A stretch of 64,000 bases of DNA from Macrostomum hystrix (GCA_950097015.1 CATNEN010000030.1:3410001-3474000); one strand, 5' to 3'. Shown: positions 1-11,456, numbered from the stretch's first letter. Program-made: numbers and translations. The notes: generated by a model not told the origin, from the letters alone.

Positions 1-1227
1 AAGAACTAGCAGGTTAATTACACTGAGAACAATGTAGCTTGCAAAGCAGACCACGCATTTGTGCTTCACCAGAAACGAAATAATCTTTTTCCACCCAGAT
101 GGCGCTGACAATGAGGTGCGCGAATTTATCTTTAGAGCAGAAATGAAGGTAAAGGCGATGAGGATCAGCATCTGCACAATGAGAAACAGGCCAACTAGCG
201 GAATCGTGTTCATCGACTTTGGTGCCGACTGTGACGCGATCAGCACATACAGGGTCATTGACATGATGATAGCGATGGACAGGTTCACGGGGTCGCTCTT
301 GTCCCCAGCCAGGAACATGACGCTAGCGAGCAGCGACAGCAGCTCGAACGGCACAATGACCAGCACAGCGTAGTACATCCACTTTCGCTGCAGGTGAAAC
401 TTGACTTCAACCATGGGAAATAGTCCATCTCCAATGAGATCCTGGCGAAGTTGCCAAGTGACGTTCCTAAGGTTCCACTCCCCGACTTGGTAGAGCTCGA
501 GACCATTGTCCGGTGCACTGTTGTAGTTGACTGACACTGACAGGTTCAGCACGGAGCTGTCGGAGGAGACAGTGCCGATTTGAATGGCGCATTGCTGGCT
601 GTCAAATGGGAATTGTCTCACATTGACAGCGCATGCGAACTGCACCACTGCGAATGTGTAAATCCTCACGTCGCCGGATGGCAACAGAAGTGCATCGAAA
701 AACTTGCTGTTCCTGAGGTCGAAGATCTCGCCCTTGGAGTTGAGGAAGCCAATGTCCGGCAGCCAGACGCTGCTTCGGTCGACTCGCAAATGCGTGGCGC
801 TGTCCGGAGCCGAAGAGTTCCAGGCCAGCCGGGGATCTGTCCAGGCCACCTCCAGCCAGCCAGAAAACTCCAGCATTTCCTTCTCATCAAGCCCGTAGAT
901 GCTTTTCAGCAGGATTTTCATCGCCACCTGGGTCTGCTTGATTCCGTATTGGCTCGGAGACAACAGGACGTGGCACTGCGGCAGCGACTGCGGCCCGATC
1001 GACTCCGACAGAGAGCGGCAGGCGGCCACGCCAGCATTGATCGCTGGATCGATACTGGCAGATGGCGAAGCGAAGCTGCTGAGCAGAACCAGCAATTTAA
1101 ACAATTCGATTTCCTTCCTTGACTTGAAGTTCATTTTTTCCTTTTTTAGAGCCGTTTTGTGCCGTTGGTCCATACAAAGAGCGAGCTGGGCAGGGCTCTG
1201 TTCCAGGATGCCTTCTGTTTTAAGCAT
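1..1227 (-). CDS. Divergent intronless Cys-loop ligand-gated ion channel subunit (paralog A); runs off the window edge near the end of M4
   Basis: My translation of the minus frame open from ATG 1227 to position 1 gives WTDPRLAW, VWLPDIGF, Cys-loop CAVNVRQFPFDSQQC, VGEW, then HLQRKWMYYAVLVIVPFELLSLLAS (M1), M2, M3 and M4. It is absent from the ORF track, presumably because no stop lies in the window. The start codon is uncertain (alternatives downstream). Confidence 0.88.
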   Translation of the reverse strand, partial: MLKTEGILEQSPAQLALCMDQRHKTALKKEKMNFKSRKEIELFKLLVLLSSFASPSASIDPAINAGVAACRSLSESIGPQSLPQCHVLLSPSQYGIKQTQVAMKILLKSIYGLDEKEMLEFSGWLEVAWTDPRLAWNSSAPDSATHLRVDRSSVWLPDIGFLNSKGEIFDLRNSKFFDALLLPSGDVRIYTFAVVQFACAVNVRQFPFDSQQCAIQIGTVSSDSSVLNLSVSVNYNSAPDNGLELYQVGEWNLRNVTWQLRQDLIGDGLFPMVEVKFHLQRKWMYYAVLVIVPFELLSLLASVMFLAGDKSDPVNLSIAIIMSMTLYVLIASQSAPKSMNTIPLVGLFLIVQMLILIAFTFISALKINSRTSLSAPSGWKKIISFLVKHKCVVCFASYIVLSVINLLVL

Positions 1228-1689
1228 GAAGGTTAGAGCAATCTGCTTTCATTTATCGATTCTGAGTTGTGGAGGATGGCAGTCTAATAGTCCACTCACA
1301 CAAATGAGCCAGTATGGACAGGGCAGTCCACTTATTATATGCTGGCTGGAACTAGCTGTTTTGGCAATTCTCCGACTGCTTCATATTCCCTAATATAATA
1401 ATAATAATAATTCTCTAATAAAGACTGAAATAATTCACTCTTTGTGTACCTTACTTGTGTACAAGAGTTCTACTCAGAGATTTCAACAGTTCAGATAAAT
1501 TTCCTGTTTACCTGCATGGTCCTTCCACTTAAAACCAAAACTCATGAGGTTTTCAGTAAATATGACTGTAAAGTGATGTCTTGCGCTAAGAAGCAACAAG
1601 TGCTCAAACTTAGATTCTGCAATTGTATTGAAAGTTTTTTTAGCTCGCATGCAAAAGATAAATAATAAGTTTACCGGTTCTCGGAGACC

Positions 1690-2393
1690 ATTGCGCTTCC
1701 TTCTAGAGAAGTGAAGGTCTACGCATTTCTAATTTTGAAGTTCGGCTGCTCTGTTAGGATCAAGCAGTTTCCGTTCTGGCGACATCAGCTCCTCATCATC
1801 GATTTTAAACATCTCTGCGCGAACTTTGTCGAGCGATCGTGCCGCCAAAGAAGACTTGTGAGCCTTAGTTGGAGAGTGGGATCTGCAAAATATCATTCAG
1901 AAGGCCAGCCGGCCAGTCGTCAGCGGTGGTCAGTACTTTAGCAGTGTCAAGATTTTTTTTCACCTGCAGCGTAAGTGGATGTACTACGCTGTGCTGGTCA
2001 TTGTGCCGTTCGAGCTGCTATCGCTGCTCGCTAGCGTCATGTTCCTTGCTGGGGATAAGAGCGACCCTGTGAACCTGTCCATCGCGATCGTCATGTCCAT
2101 GACCCTGTACGTGCTGATCGGGTCCCAATCGGCGCCAAAGTCGACGAACAAGAGACCCGTTAATTGGCTTGTTTCTCATTGTGCAGATGCTGATCTTCAT
2201 CGCTTTCACCTTTGCCGCCGCCCTGGAACGGAGGGACCGGTCGACTCGCAGCAAGCTGGAGGACGCAGGCCGTAGGCAGCGCAGGACTGGCTTCAGAGGC
2301 GCCCTGGAGAAGCATCAGAATGCGGCGTTCTTCACCTTATACACTATCGCCAGTGCCGCCAACTCGCTCGGCTTCCTGTTTCTCTGGCCCTAG
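1690..2393 (+). pseudogene. 5'-truncated, frameshifted third Cys-loop channel paralog in inverted orientation
   Basis: Fragments in different frames: EVKVYAFLILKFGCSVRIKQFPF (second Cys of the loop lost), VGEWDLQN, FHLQRKWMYYAVLVIVPFELL, then a frameshift near 2145-2165 before FLIVQMLIFIAFTF...FLFLWP*. No N-terminal half is visible. Confidence 0.8.
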
Positions 2394-2439
2394 AAGGGAC
2401 ATTTTGGATTTACGGTAGAACTACAAAGGGGTAAATCCC

Positions 2440-3595
2440 TCCTGACAATTTTTTGTGCTGCACCGAACGGAGCAACGCAAGCACACGAAACTCAAGAACA
2501 AACTCAAACCAAATTTTTGCTGCGCATCTTCTGAAACAATAATCAAGACGCCAGCTCTTCAGACCGTCGAGATATTCAATGGTTCTGACCGAAGGTCGGA
2601 TTTTTTCCATATAAGCTAGGGTATTTCATACACCCCTATACACGAATTAGCACTGCGCCTCAGTGCGGCCTTGCTAGGCCTTCAAAATTTATCAGCATGT
2701 CACCCGAATGTGCCTGCATCATATTCGTCTTCGGTGGTCACCGAACTTTATCTAGACGGAGCTGCTGGACATTGCGCGGCCCTTCTAAAGGGTTTGCATT
2801 GAAGCCTTTCACGTTCAATACCTGACGATGAAGAAGTCCGGGCAGATATTCACGTCTGCGTACGTGTCTGCTTGCCTCTGTGTGTGCTCAGGGGTCAGCG
2901 GAATGAGCAAAATAGTTTCTTTGCTGGCAATTTGGTTGCTGATAAACATTCAGACAGGTTACACGAAGATCAAAGGGTTCCTACTGCTTGTTCGCTACAT
3001 CTTGTGAATTTTGTCCCGTGCGCTAATTTCGTGACTACTTACTGTAAGTAGAACTTTTTGTATAAAGAGAAGGCATAGCGAAATGCTTGGCTGAAGGACC
3101 AGACGGCTCTGATTGGCTGGCACTAGAAAAGCCGCCTGCAGCTTTGACATCCGCAAGGCTTGTATGTATACCTTTCTAATTAAAAAATGTAAGATCAGTC
3201 CGAAACTATTGTTCAATTGGAAGCTGATCCTTCAACTGAAAAACGTGTGCTGTCTATGGGTCCAGAAACAGGGAAGTCTGTGCATCATCAAATGGCCTTT
3301 AAACCTCCATTTTCTTTCGGAGATGATACAGGCACGTTCGGGTGACGTGCTGACAAAGTTGAAAGGCCTGACAAGGCCGCACTGAGGCGCAGTGCAAATT
3401 CGTGTATATATTGGGTGTATGAGAAACACTAGCTTTTATGGAAAAAAAATCTGACCATCGGCCAGAACCGCTGAATATCTTGACGGTCTGAAGGGTCGAA
3501 GATTCTTGTTTTTAAAGATCCGCAACAAAAAAGTTATATTTAACTTCGTGTGCTTGCATTGCTCGGTGCTGGTTCAGTAAAAATATTTGTCAGTG
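2440..3595. mobile_element. Foldback/MITE-like non-autonomous element with ~290-bp imperfect inverted arms
   Basis: 2440-2730 is the reverse complement of ~3318-3595 (e.g. gcactgcgcctcagtgcggccttg vs caaggccgcactgaggcgcagtgc). A further one-arm copy lies at 50840-51130. No TSD was confidently found. Confidence 0.75.
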
Positions 3596-4214
3596 GGGGA
3601 AATAGTACTTCTGTTTAACATTGAATAAACATCAGTTATTCCAGCTTTGAATGAATAAGCACAAAATTATTGATTACTCTTCGATCTCACAATTCTATAA
3701 TGGGGTTTTTCGATCTTAATTACACTGGATTACAAGTGGAATGTAGCTCACATTTAGTATCGAATTCTCAAATGCCAAATGTCTGTTCTGCCACTTCAGC
3801 ATCCCTTAGCAGGCCCAGTTTAAGTACAGAGGCCTCTTTAAAGCTTTTCATGGTTTGCACTGGACTTGGCTTTGCATTGTTTATCGTCTGGCGATAGTCA
3901 AATTTTGAAATTCGATTCCTTAGATGCTGTCGAGGCCAAGTAGGGCGTGCGAAAGTACAGAGCGAAAATCTTTTTTGGAGGACGACTTCTGGTACCATCA
4001 AATAAGTGATATTTAAACACTTAAAAATGGCATGTGTTTGCGGCCGCCTTTCAGGCTTTTGAAATTTAATAAAGAAATTCAAATATTTAATTAGTTCTGA
4101 TTTGATGTGTCTGCGTGAAGTAACTTGCAATTTAACAAAGGTGCATGCTGAGTCCTAGTTGGCCAAAAAGCGAACGGAAAGAAACAGATTGAAAATTGGA
4201 AACTGAAGCATTGA

Positions 4215-4445
4215 TTCGTGCTAGGCTAGATGTTAGAGCGTCGGACACACGACTCACGATGGTCGGGGGTTCGATTTCCGATTCCATTAGAAAAATTGGT
4301 GTTCTATAGACCCTTACATTTGTTTTGCTTGTTCTGTTAACCCAGCTGTTTAACAGGTACCAGCATGAGGGTGGGTGTGACGACTGAACAGCAGTACGCA
4401 GCTTTCAGATGCGCCACGCGATAGCTGCGGCTGTGCTGCACATCT
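4215..4445 (+). mobile_element. tRNA-derived SINE copy
   Basis: A/B-box-like head (gttagagcgtcggac...ggttcgatttccga) followed by a body shared with the copies at 22880, 24135 and 28740. Confidence 0.7.
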
Positions 4446-4472
4446 GGCTCGATTGTGGAAGGCTCTCGGAGT

Positions 4473-5681
4473 CTAAGAGCCCAGCAGGGGCCACAGGACC
4501 AGAAATGCCAACGCATTCAAAACGCTGATGACTAGGTACAGTATGAGATTCCTATGTCTCAGCAACCACATCCAGTACCGCTCCAGAGTTGACAGCGCTC
4601 TCTCCTGGGAAGATTCAATGTTGGGCAGACGGTTTTTATCCACCGCCACAACGAAGGTGAATGCTATGAGGATCAGCATCTGCACAATGAGAAACAGGCC
4701 AACTAGCGGAATCGTGTTCATCGACTTTGGTGCCGACTGGGACGCGATCAGCACGTACAGGGTCATGGATATGACGATAGCGATGGACAGGTTCACAGGG
4801 TCGCTCTTATCCCCAGCCAGGAACATGACGCTAGCAAGCAGCGACAGCAGCTCGAACGGCACAATGACCAGCACAGCGTAGTACATCCACTTACGCTGCA
4901 GGTGAAAGTGGATTTTAAGAGTCTGATAGCTTTGATCAGAAAAATTCAAAAGTACAGATTGCTGGCTAACATTTAGCAGCTCCCATTCACCAACGCCGTT
5001 AACTGCCATAGCATAATCTTCATGGGCTGGTCGGACAGCTAGTCTTATGTTGAATTCAAACTGTTCCGATATCATAGTCCCCAGAGTTATCGCACAGACT
5101 TGCTGGTCGAAGGGAAAGCGTCTCATATTGAGGCTGCATCCAAAGCGAATCACTATGTAAAGCTGGACGTTGATTTCTCCCGTTGAAAACACCGAAGCTT
5201 GCAGAAACTTAGCGTTGCGAAAGTCGAACATTTCATTTTCCTTGACATTCCAGAAACCAATGTCCGGGAGCCAGATACTGCTCCTGTCGACTTTTAGACG
5301 CTGCACGGTGTTCTCGGACGAGTTCCAGGCCACGCGCGGGTCGGTCCAGGCGAGCAGGACCCACGCGGACCATTCCAGCACCTCACTCTCATCCAGCCCA
5401 TAGACCGTCAGGATGCTCATTTCCACTAGAACGTTAGTCTCGTAGCCGAACTGCTTTGGAGACAGCATGACGTGGCACAGCGGCAGCGACTGCGGTCCGA
5501 TAGAATCAGCTAGAGCGCGGCACGCGGCAACCCGGGCGTTCGATGCCGCGTCGGCAGCGGCAGACGGCGAGAAGGCGCCGATCATGAGAAGCAGCAGTTG
5601 CATTAGAATCAGCGAAGAAAGACTGAAGAATCTCGATTTGCTCGAGGCGCATATGGCTGAAAAATTGTTCGCTGCACGCAT
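4473..5681 (-). CDS. Divergent intronless Cys-loop ligand-gated ion channel subunit (paralog B), 402 aa
   Basis: Signal-like hydrophobic N-terminus, WTDPRVAW, IWLPDI, Cys-loop CSLNMRRFPFDQQVC, GEW, four TM segments and a short M3-M4 loop. No vicinal Cys pair, so not a canonical alpha nAChR. Confidence 0.92.
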   Translation of the reverse strand: MRAANNFSAICASSKSRFFSLSSLILMQLLLLMIGAFSPSAAADAASNARVAACRALADSIGPQSLPLCHVMLSPKQFGYETNVLVEMSILTVYGLDESEVLEWSAWVLLAWTDPRVAWNSSENTVQRLKVDRSSIWLPDIGFWNVKENEMFDFRNAKFLQASVFSTGEINVQLYIVIRFGCSLNMRRFPFDQQVCAITLGTMISEQFEFNIRLAVRPAHEDYAMAVNGVGEWELLNVSQQSVLLNFSDQSYQTLKIHFHLQRKWMYYAVLVIVPFELLSLLASVMFLAGDKSDPVNLSIAIVISMTLYVLIASQSAPKSMNTIPLVGLFLIVQMLILIAFTFVVAVDKNRLPNIESSQERALSTLERYWMWLLRHRNLILYLVISVLNALAFLVLWPLLGS

Positions 5682-6284
5682 TTATATATTCGAAGGATCT
5701 AGACTTTATTATGAATCGTAAAGTCAAATAACATGTGAAAGACACACAAGCGAATACGTTTCGTCTGAACGAATATTGTCCAAGCGTGCTCATATAAGTC
5801 ATGATAATTTTTTGCCAGATATTTAACTAAAAAAAATTACACGTTACATTTGGGTTATATTCAATTACATTCAATGTCTGTATTTTTCAGCAAAACTATT
5901 TACTTTTTTTTTTCATTACGCATTTGCGTACAGATATGTCCCTACGACGCTTTCGTATGTCCATATGCTGATCTTGACCTTCATTTTCTTATAAATTAAA
6001 TTACGTAGCAAACATTTCAGGTGCTCGCACTGCACTCACCGGCAAAGTCTCCTGTCTCGTTTTTGGTCATATCTTGGCGAGTCATTTAGTATTTTGAAAA
6101 TTGTAGTTTCCTTTTAAATGTCAGTTTATTTTATACAAGCGACACCCCGTCTCCTGCCGTGTGATATGTCACCGAATAGTCATGCAGGGGCTTCTTTTCA
6201 TTTCAGTGAACGATTTAGACTACTTATAGTACGCTCGTAGATTAGTCGGTTGGTCGATGATTTATCTGAACTATGATTGTGCAA

Positions 6285-6520
6285 GGACATCCGGAGCTGG
6301 ACTCGGCGCACTTAGTAGGGCTGCTCCATACGGCCTTTCAAGCCGTCCAGAGCGTCGGTAACGAGAGGGCTCAGCTGCAGTGCCCGTACTAGTGTACCGA
6401 GCCTCTTCAGGAAGTGAGGAAGGCTACTCAGCAGGGCCCTAATTGGCGGGGCCAAGCACGGACCCAGAGGTACGTGGACTGCATCCTGAGCGACGTCAGA
6501 GCGTCCACTCGCTGGCCACG
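6285..6520 (+). mobile_element. Degenerate LINE 3' fragment (same family as 41440-41780)
   Basis: gctggactcggcgcac...gggctgctcc...cggcctttc...agagcgtcgg matches the 41500-41600 sequence with indels. Confidence 0.6.
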
Positions 6521-6689
6521 CGGTGCGAAATCAGGGGTAGCCTCTATTTGCGGCTGTTGTGAGTCGATTTGCTAACATAAGTTTACACATGCTGTTGAAA
6601 GGAATATAGTGCACCATAATGCATAAATACTCGTAGATAGAGCTTATAGCCTGAGGCACAGACGCAATTATTACGTCTATTATTACAGC

Positions 6690-6850
6690 TGCAGTGTGCC
6701 TAGAGCTGTTCAGTCCATGGACTGGGGAGGCTGTCGCACCCACCCGAATTCGTACCTTAGTACTGATGCTGTTGTGCCCTTTTGACAGCTGGTTGAAGTG
6801 AAGCACTAAGGAGTTAAGGAACATAAGAGATCCTAAGATCTGACCACAGG
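6690..6850 (-). mobile_element. Degenerate SINE body
   Basis: Carries the SINE core gctgttcagtccatggactgggg and cagctggttgaagtgaagca seen at 28800-28900. Confidence 0.5.
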
Positions 6851-7859
6851 GCAACTAGCTCCCAGTAATATATAGTAAACCATACGAACGTACAGTGCGA
6901 AAATGCAGTAGCAGAGACTGGGACCAGACTTTGCACGAATTTATTATAGCTCGAGCAATGAACACGGTATATAAACAAAATGAGCGATTATATAGCTTGA
7001 TGCCACGCCGCCGTTACCACTGTTTATTATGCCAACAGCTAAGTCCAGGGCATTAATCTGAGATGCGTGATGCCTCAAAACTCATAGCTCACCAGACGAC
7101 AGAGAGATGACGAGCGAAGGTGAGACGGAGAGAAAGCCAGAGCCTCCTCCATGGAGGAATTTCATATTGCAAGAGTGCAGGCTGCTTGCAAGGGTGAAAG
7201 GAGACAGACGGAATGGCAGCGCTGCGAAGTGTACACAGTGGTGAAGAGAAGAAGAGTACAATGTAGTGCAGTGTCAGTCTGGCCGAATTGCACTGGCCGT
7301 GAGCAATCAGTCCTTCCCTGCCTCAACCCCTGGTTAAAACGTAGGCGTCGACGCTGAGGTCGCTATTAATTGTCAGGGCGAGAGCGAGAGACGGAAGGTG
7401 AGGAGTCTGAGAGAAAATAGTGAGTCCCCCTCTACGGAGAGCTTCATTTCGCACTGGGCCAGCCAGCAGGGAGGCTTGAGGCTTAGTACATACACAGTTG
7501 CGCTGTACCTAATTTAAAAGTCTCGACTCTCAAGGCCAAAGAGCTGCGCAATTCGTCGCTAAATTACTAAAACCAGAGATTTGTACGCGAATCCGCTTAT
7601 CAGCTATGTGCCTGTTGTGTTTTCAACCTGCCAGCCCGCCAGCCCAGTAATAGCACTCGATTTCCTATCCCTTGCCACAGACAGCGGGCCCAAGCTGCGA
7701 GAACCGGCTGTGCACGCGCACCGATTGGTTGGCGCAGATCTTTTATTAGCCTTTTTTGCCTGCCTCCGATTTCAAGCATTACTAGCTGCGTTATCAAGGC
7801 TTCTGAGAACATTTATAATTTTTTGTTTCTAAAAACTAAGTGACAGTCAAAGACTGGCC

Positions 7860-10800
7860 ATGAGCAACGCAGCTGCAGATGGCGAAGAGTCGGATGCTGG
7901 GTCCCTGCTGCAGAGCCTGATGCTGGCCATGCGGCAGCAGCAACTGATGGAGCTGCAGGAGGCGCTGGCTGAGTCGCATCGAGTTCAGCAGCCGCAGCAG
8001 CAGCAGCAGGTGGCTACAAGCAGCGGCGACGTTGCTGAATCTGACGATGTGTACGCTAAGGCGCCTAGCTGCAAGCCGGGCGGCTACGCTGAGGAAGTCT
8101 TCATTCACCTGACTGAGGCGGACAAGGACGAATTTAGCTGCAGGATCTGGTAAGAATTCAGAGTAATGCCCGACCAGTGCCTAGTGTTACCCTAGACAAA
8201 AGTGCAATACTAACCTCGACAAAAGTGGAGCATTACCCTCGACAAAAGTGGAGTGTTACCCTAGACAAAAGTGTAATACTAACCTCGACAAAAGTGGAGT
8301 GTTACCCTCGACAAAAGTGGAGTGTTACCCTAGACAAAAGTGCAATACTAACCTCGACAAAAGTGGAGCATTACCCTCGACAAAAGTGGAGTGTTACCCT
8401 AGACAAAAGTGTAATACTAACCTCGACAAAAGTGGAGCATTACCCTCGACAAAAGTGGAGTGTTACTCTCGACAAAAGTGGAGTGTTACCCTAGACAAAA
8501 GTGTAATACTAACCTCGACAAAAGTGGAGTGTTACCCTCGACAAAAGTGGAGTGTTACCCTAGACAAAAGTGCAATACTAACCTCGACAAAAGTGGAGCA
8601 TTACCCTCGACAAAAGTGGAGTGTTACCCTAGACAAAAGTGTAATACTAACCTCGACAAAAGTGGAGCATTACCCTCGACAAAAGTGGAGTGTTACTCTC
8701 GACAAAAGTGAGTATTATCCTCTACAAAAGTGTAGTACTACCATCGATAAAAGTGGAGCATTACCCTCGACAAAAGTGGAGTGTTACTCTCGACAAAAGT
8801 GGAGTGTTACTCTCGACAAAAGTGGAGTGTTACTCTCGACAAAAGTGGAGTGTTACTCTCGACAAAAGTGGAGTGTTACTCTCGACAAAAGTGGAGTATT
8901 ACCCTAGACAAAAGTGCAATACTAACCTCGACAAAAGTGGAGCATTACCCTCGACAAAAGTGGAGTGTTACCCTAGACAAAAGTGTAATACTAACCTCGA
9001 CAAAAGTGGAGCATTACCCTCGACAAAAGTGGAGTGTTACTCTCGACAAAAGTGGAGTGTTACCCTAGACAAAAGTGTAATACTAACCTCGACAAAAGTG
9101 GAGTGTTACTCTCGACAAAAGTGAGTATTATCCTCTACAAAAGTGTAGTACTACCATCGATAAAAGTGGAGCATTACCCTCGACAAAAGTGGAGTGTTAC
9201 TCTCGACAAAGGTGGAGTGTTACTCTCGACAAAAGTGGAGTGTTACTCTCGACAAAAGTGGAGTGTTACTCTCGACAAAAGTGGAGTATTACCCTAGACA
9301 AAAGTGTAATACTAACCTCGACAAAAGTGGAGTGTTACCCTCGACAAAAGTGAAGTGTTACTCTCGACAAAAGTGGAGTATTACCCTAGACAAAAGTGTA
9401 ATACTAACCTCGACAAAAGTGGAGTGTTACTCTCGAAAAAAGTGGAGTGTTACTCTCGACAAAAGTGAGTATTATCCTCTACAAAAGTGTAGTACTACCA
9501 TCGATAAAAGTGGAGCATTACCCTCGACAAAAGTGGAGTGTTACCCTCGACAAAAGTGGAGCATTATCCTCGACAAAAGTGGAGCATTACCCTCGACAAA
9601 AGTGGAGTATTACTCTCGACAAAAGTGAAATATGGCTCTCGACCCTTGACCCACGTCGAGCATACCCTAGACAAGCGTTGAACGCTACTGTCAACGAGCG
9701 TTGCATGACTGTACAATTTGATTCGTGAGCTGGGTGAATTTGCACAAGCAATAAGCTAATGCGGAGCGCAATAAGATCTTAGAGCTCCGGCGCGGCTTAT
9801 GAACCCACAAGCCTAAATGATTAGGTCAAAGTTGTGGAAATTTGTTCAACTATAATATGCGCAGGCAGCGATTCTCATTCTTATGCGACAACTAGTTGCC
9901 TTGGCGACCCCGACAGAGCGGTCAACTGGAAACTTTCGCCGGTTAGGAACAGGAAAATTGGAAGGAGGTGGTGGAAGGGGCGCCGTTCGCGCCAGGGTAA
10001 GACAAAGTTCTGCGGCGCTCAATTTCCAAGGTGCAGAGTTAAGAGCGCTGTATTTTCTCACACTTTTCACACCTGTCGAATGCAGAGGTCGTAGGGCAAC
10101 CTATCCCAAATTCACTCTGTTTGTATAGTAAGCTTTGCTGGGTAACTTGCTCAACAAGCTTCTGCAATTTAGCCGCTGAAAGCTAACAATTAATTACTCC
10201 AAGTTGCGCCTATGCATGTAGTTTTTTTCACTACAGTTTAACTACGCAAAAGCAACAGGAGCTCTAGAGTAGGGAGTCAAAACCATTGAATTACGAGGCC
10301 TAAATAAGACGAAAGTGACACGCTGAGATAGTGATTGTCAACCGCCATGTCGTCCAATAAATCAGAACGTCACGCACAGTCGTGCTAATTTGATGGCCAA
10401 TTTTGAATCCGTTCTCCTCTTTCAGCTTCAACATCATCCGCGACTGCTATGAGTGCCGCAACGCGCACAGGTTCTGTCACGCCTGTATCTACGAGTGGTG
10501 CAACCAGTCGGGCCAGGGTTCGAATCTCTGCCCGGTGTGCCGGTGCCCGGGCGAGTACGCGCACAATGCGCCGCTCAGTGAGCGCCTCGGAAAGCGTCGA
10601 GTGCGCTGCGTGGACCAGCCGCCAGGCAAGTGCAACTGGCGCGGCTGTCTCAGCGACCTGGAGAGCCACAAGCATCGGCAGTACGAGATGCACGAGATCT
10701 ACACCAGCTCGGAGCTGCCGGGCCTCAGGCCAGAGCGTACAGGCGACGCAGTCGGACAGAGACTGACAACGACGGAGCTAGTTCGGCGACACAGTGAGGC

Positions 10801-10889
10801 CAAAGGCGACACCTGCAGCGGACAGCAGCGGCGGCGCCCGACTTTTGGGCCGAAGGCAGCAGGACTCGGCTAGGCGCTTGCCCAGCGCT

Positions 10890-10978
<89 letters not shown>

Positions 10979-11456
10979 ACAGGAAGCACAGCAGCACCAC
11001 CAGCAGCAGGAACAACCGCTCCAGTACAAAAGACTTGTGCGGCCTCGGCCGCCGCCGCCAAATGCGGCTCAACGGCTGCGAGAAAGTAGGGAGCAGCTGG
11101 CACTGCTCATGACGCTGCTCACCATTCAGATGCAGGAGCGGCAGCAGGCGATGCAGCAGGCGCAGCTGGAGGCCAGAAGGCGAGAGATTGAGCGGCGCAG
11201 ACAGCTGGCCGAGATTGACAATTTGAACAGGCGTCTGGCTCAGGTGGCTGCGGATGTTAGTCGACCGACGCCTCAACTGCCACAGCAGCAGCAGCAGCAG
11301 CAGCGACAGCAAGGCGCTAATCAGCAGTCAACTCCTCGACTCCCGGCCATAGGAGCTAACGTTCGACGCGATTCTACCACAACGACACAAGGAGGCGGCG
11401 CTGGCAAAACAGGTGGCGGTGGTAGCAGCAGCAGCGGTGCAGGAAATCGCCCCTAA
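7860..11456 (+). CDS. RING (C3HC4) plus TRAF-type zinc-finger protein, two exons (7860-8149, 10426-10873); polyQ/coiled-coil tail in another frame to 11456
   Basis: The phase-2 junction TG|gtaag...tttcag|C restores CRIC-FNIIRDCYECRNAHRFCHAC...CPVC, followed by RVRC...CNWRGCLSDLESHKH. The frame stops at 10873 while a Gln-rich ORF (10794-11456) continues in a different frame. Confidence 0.75.
8176..9627. repeat. 23-bp minisatellite with higher-order structure, filling the RING-gene intron
   Basis: Unit cgacaaaagtggagtgttactct with variants (tagacaaaagtgtaatactaacc). It explains the repetitive STKVECY ORFs. Confidence 0.95.
10890..10976 (+). repeat. (CAG)n tract, polyQ-coding in the 10794 frame
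   Basis: About 28 uninterrupted CAG units. Confidence 0.95.

Noticed and set aside
580-1393. Plus-strand ORFs 580-1122, 899-1393, 4528-4881 and similar
   Set aside because: Antisense shadows of the GC-rich channel genes.
8177-9728. Overlapping STKVECY-repeat ORFs
   Set aside because: Intronic 23-bp satellite; the flanking exons splice in frame without it.
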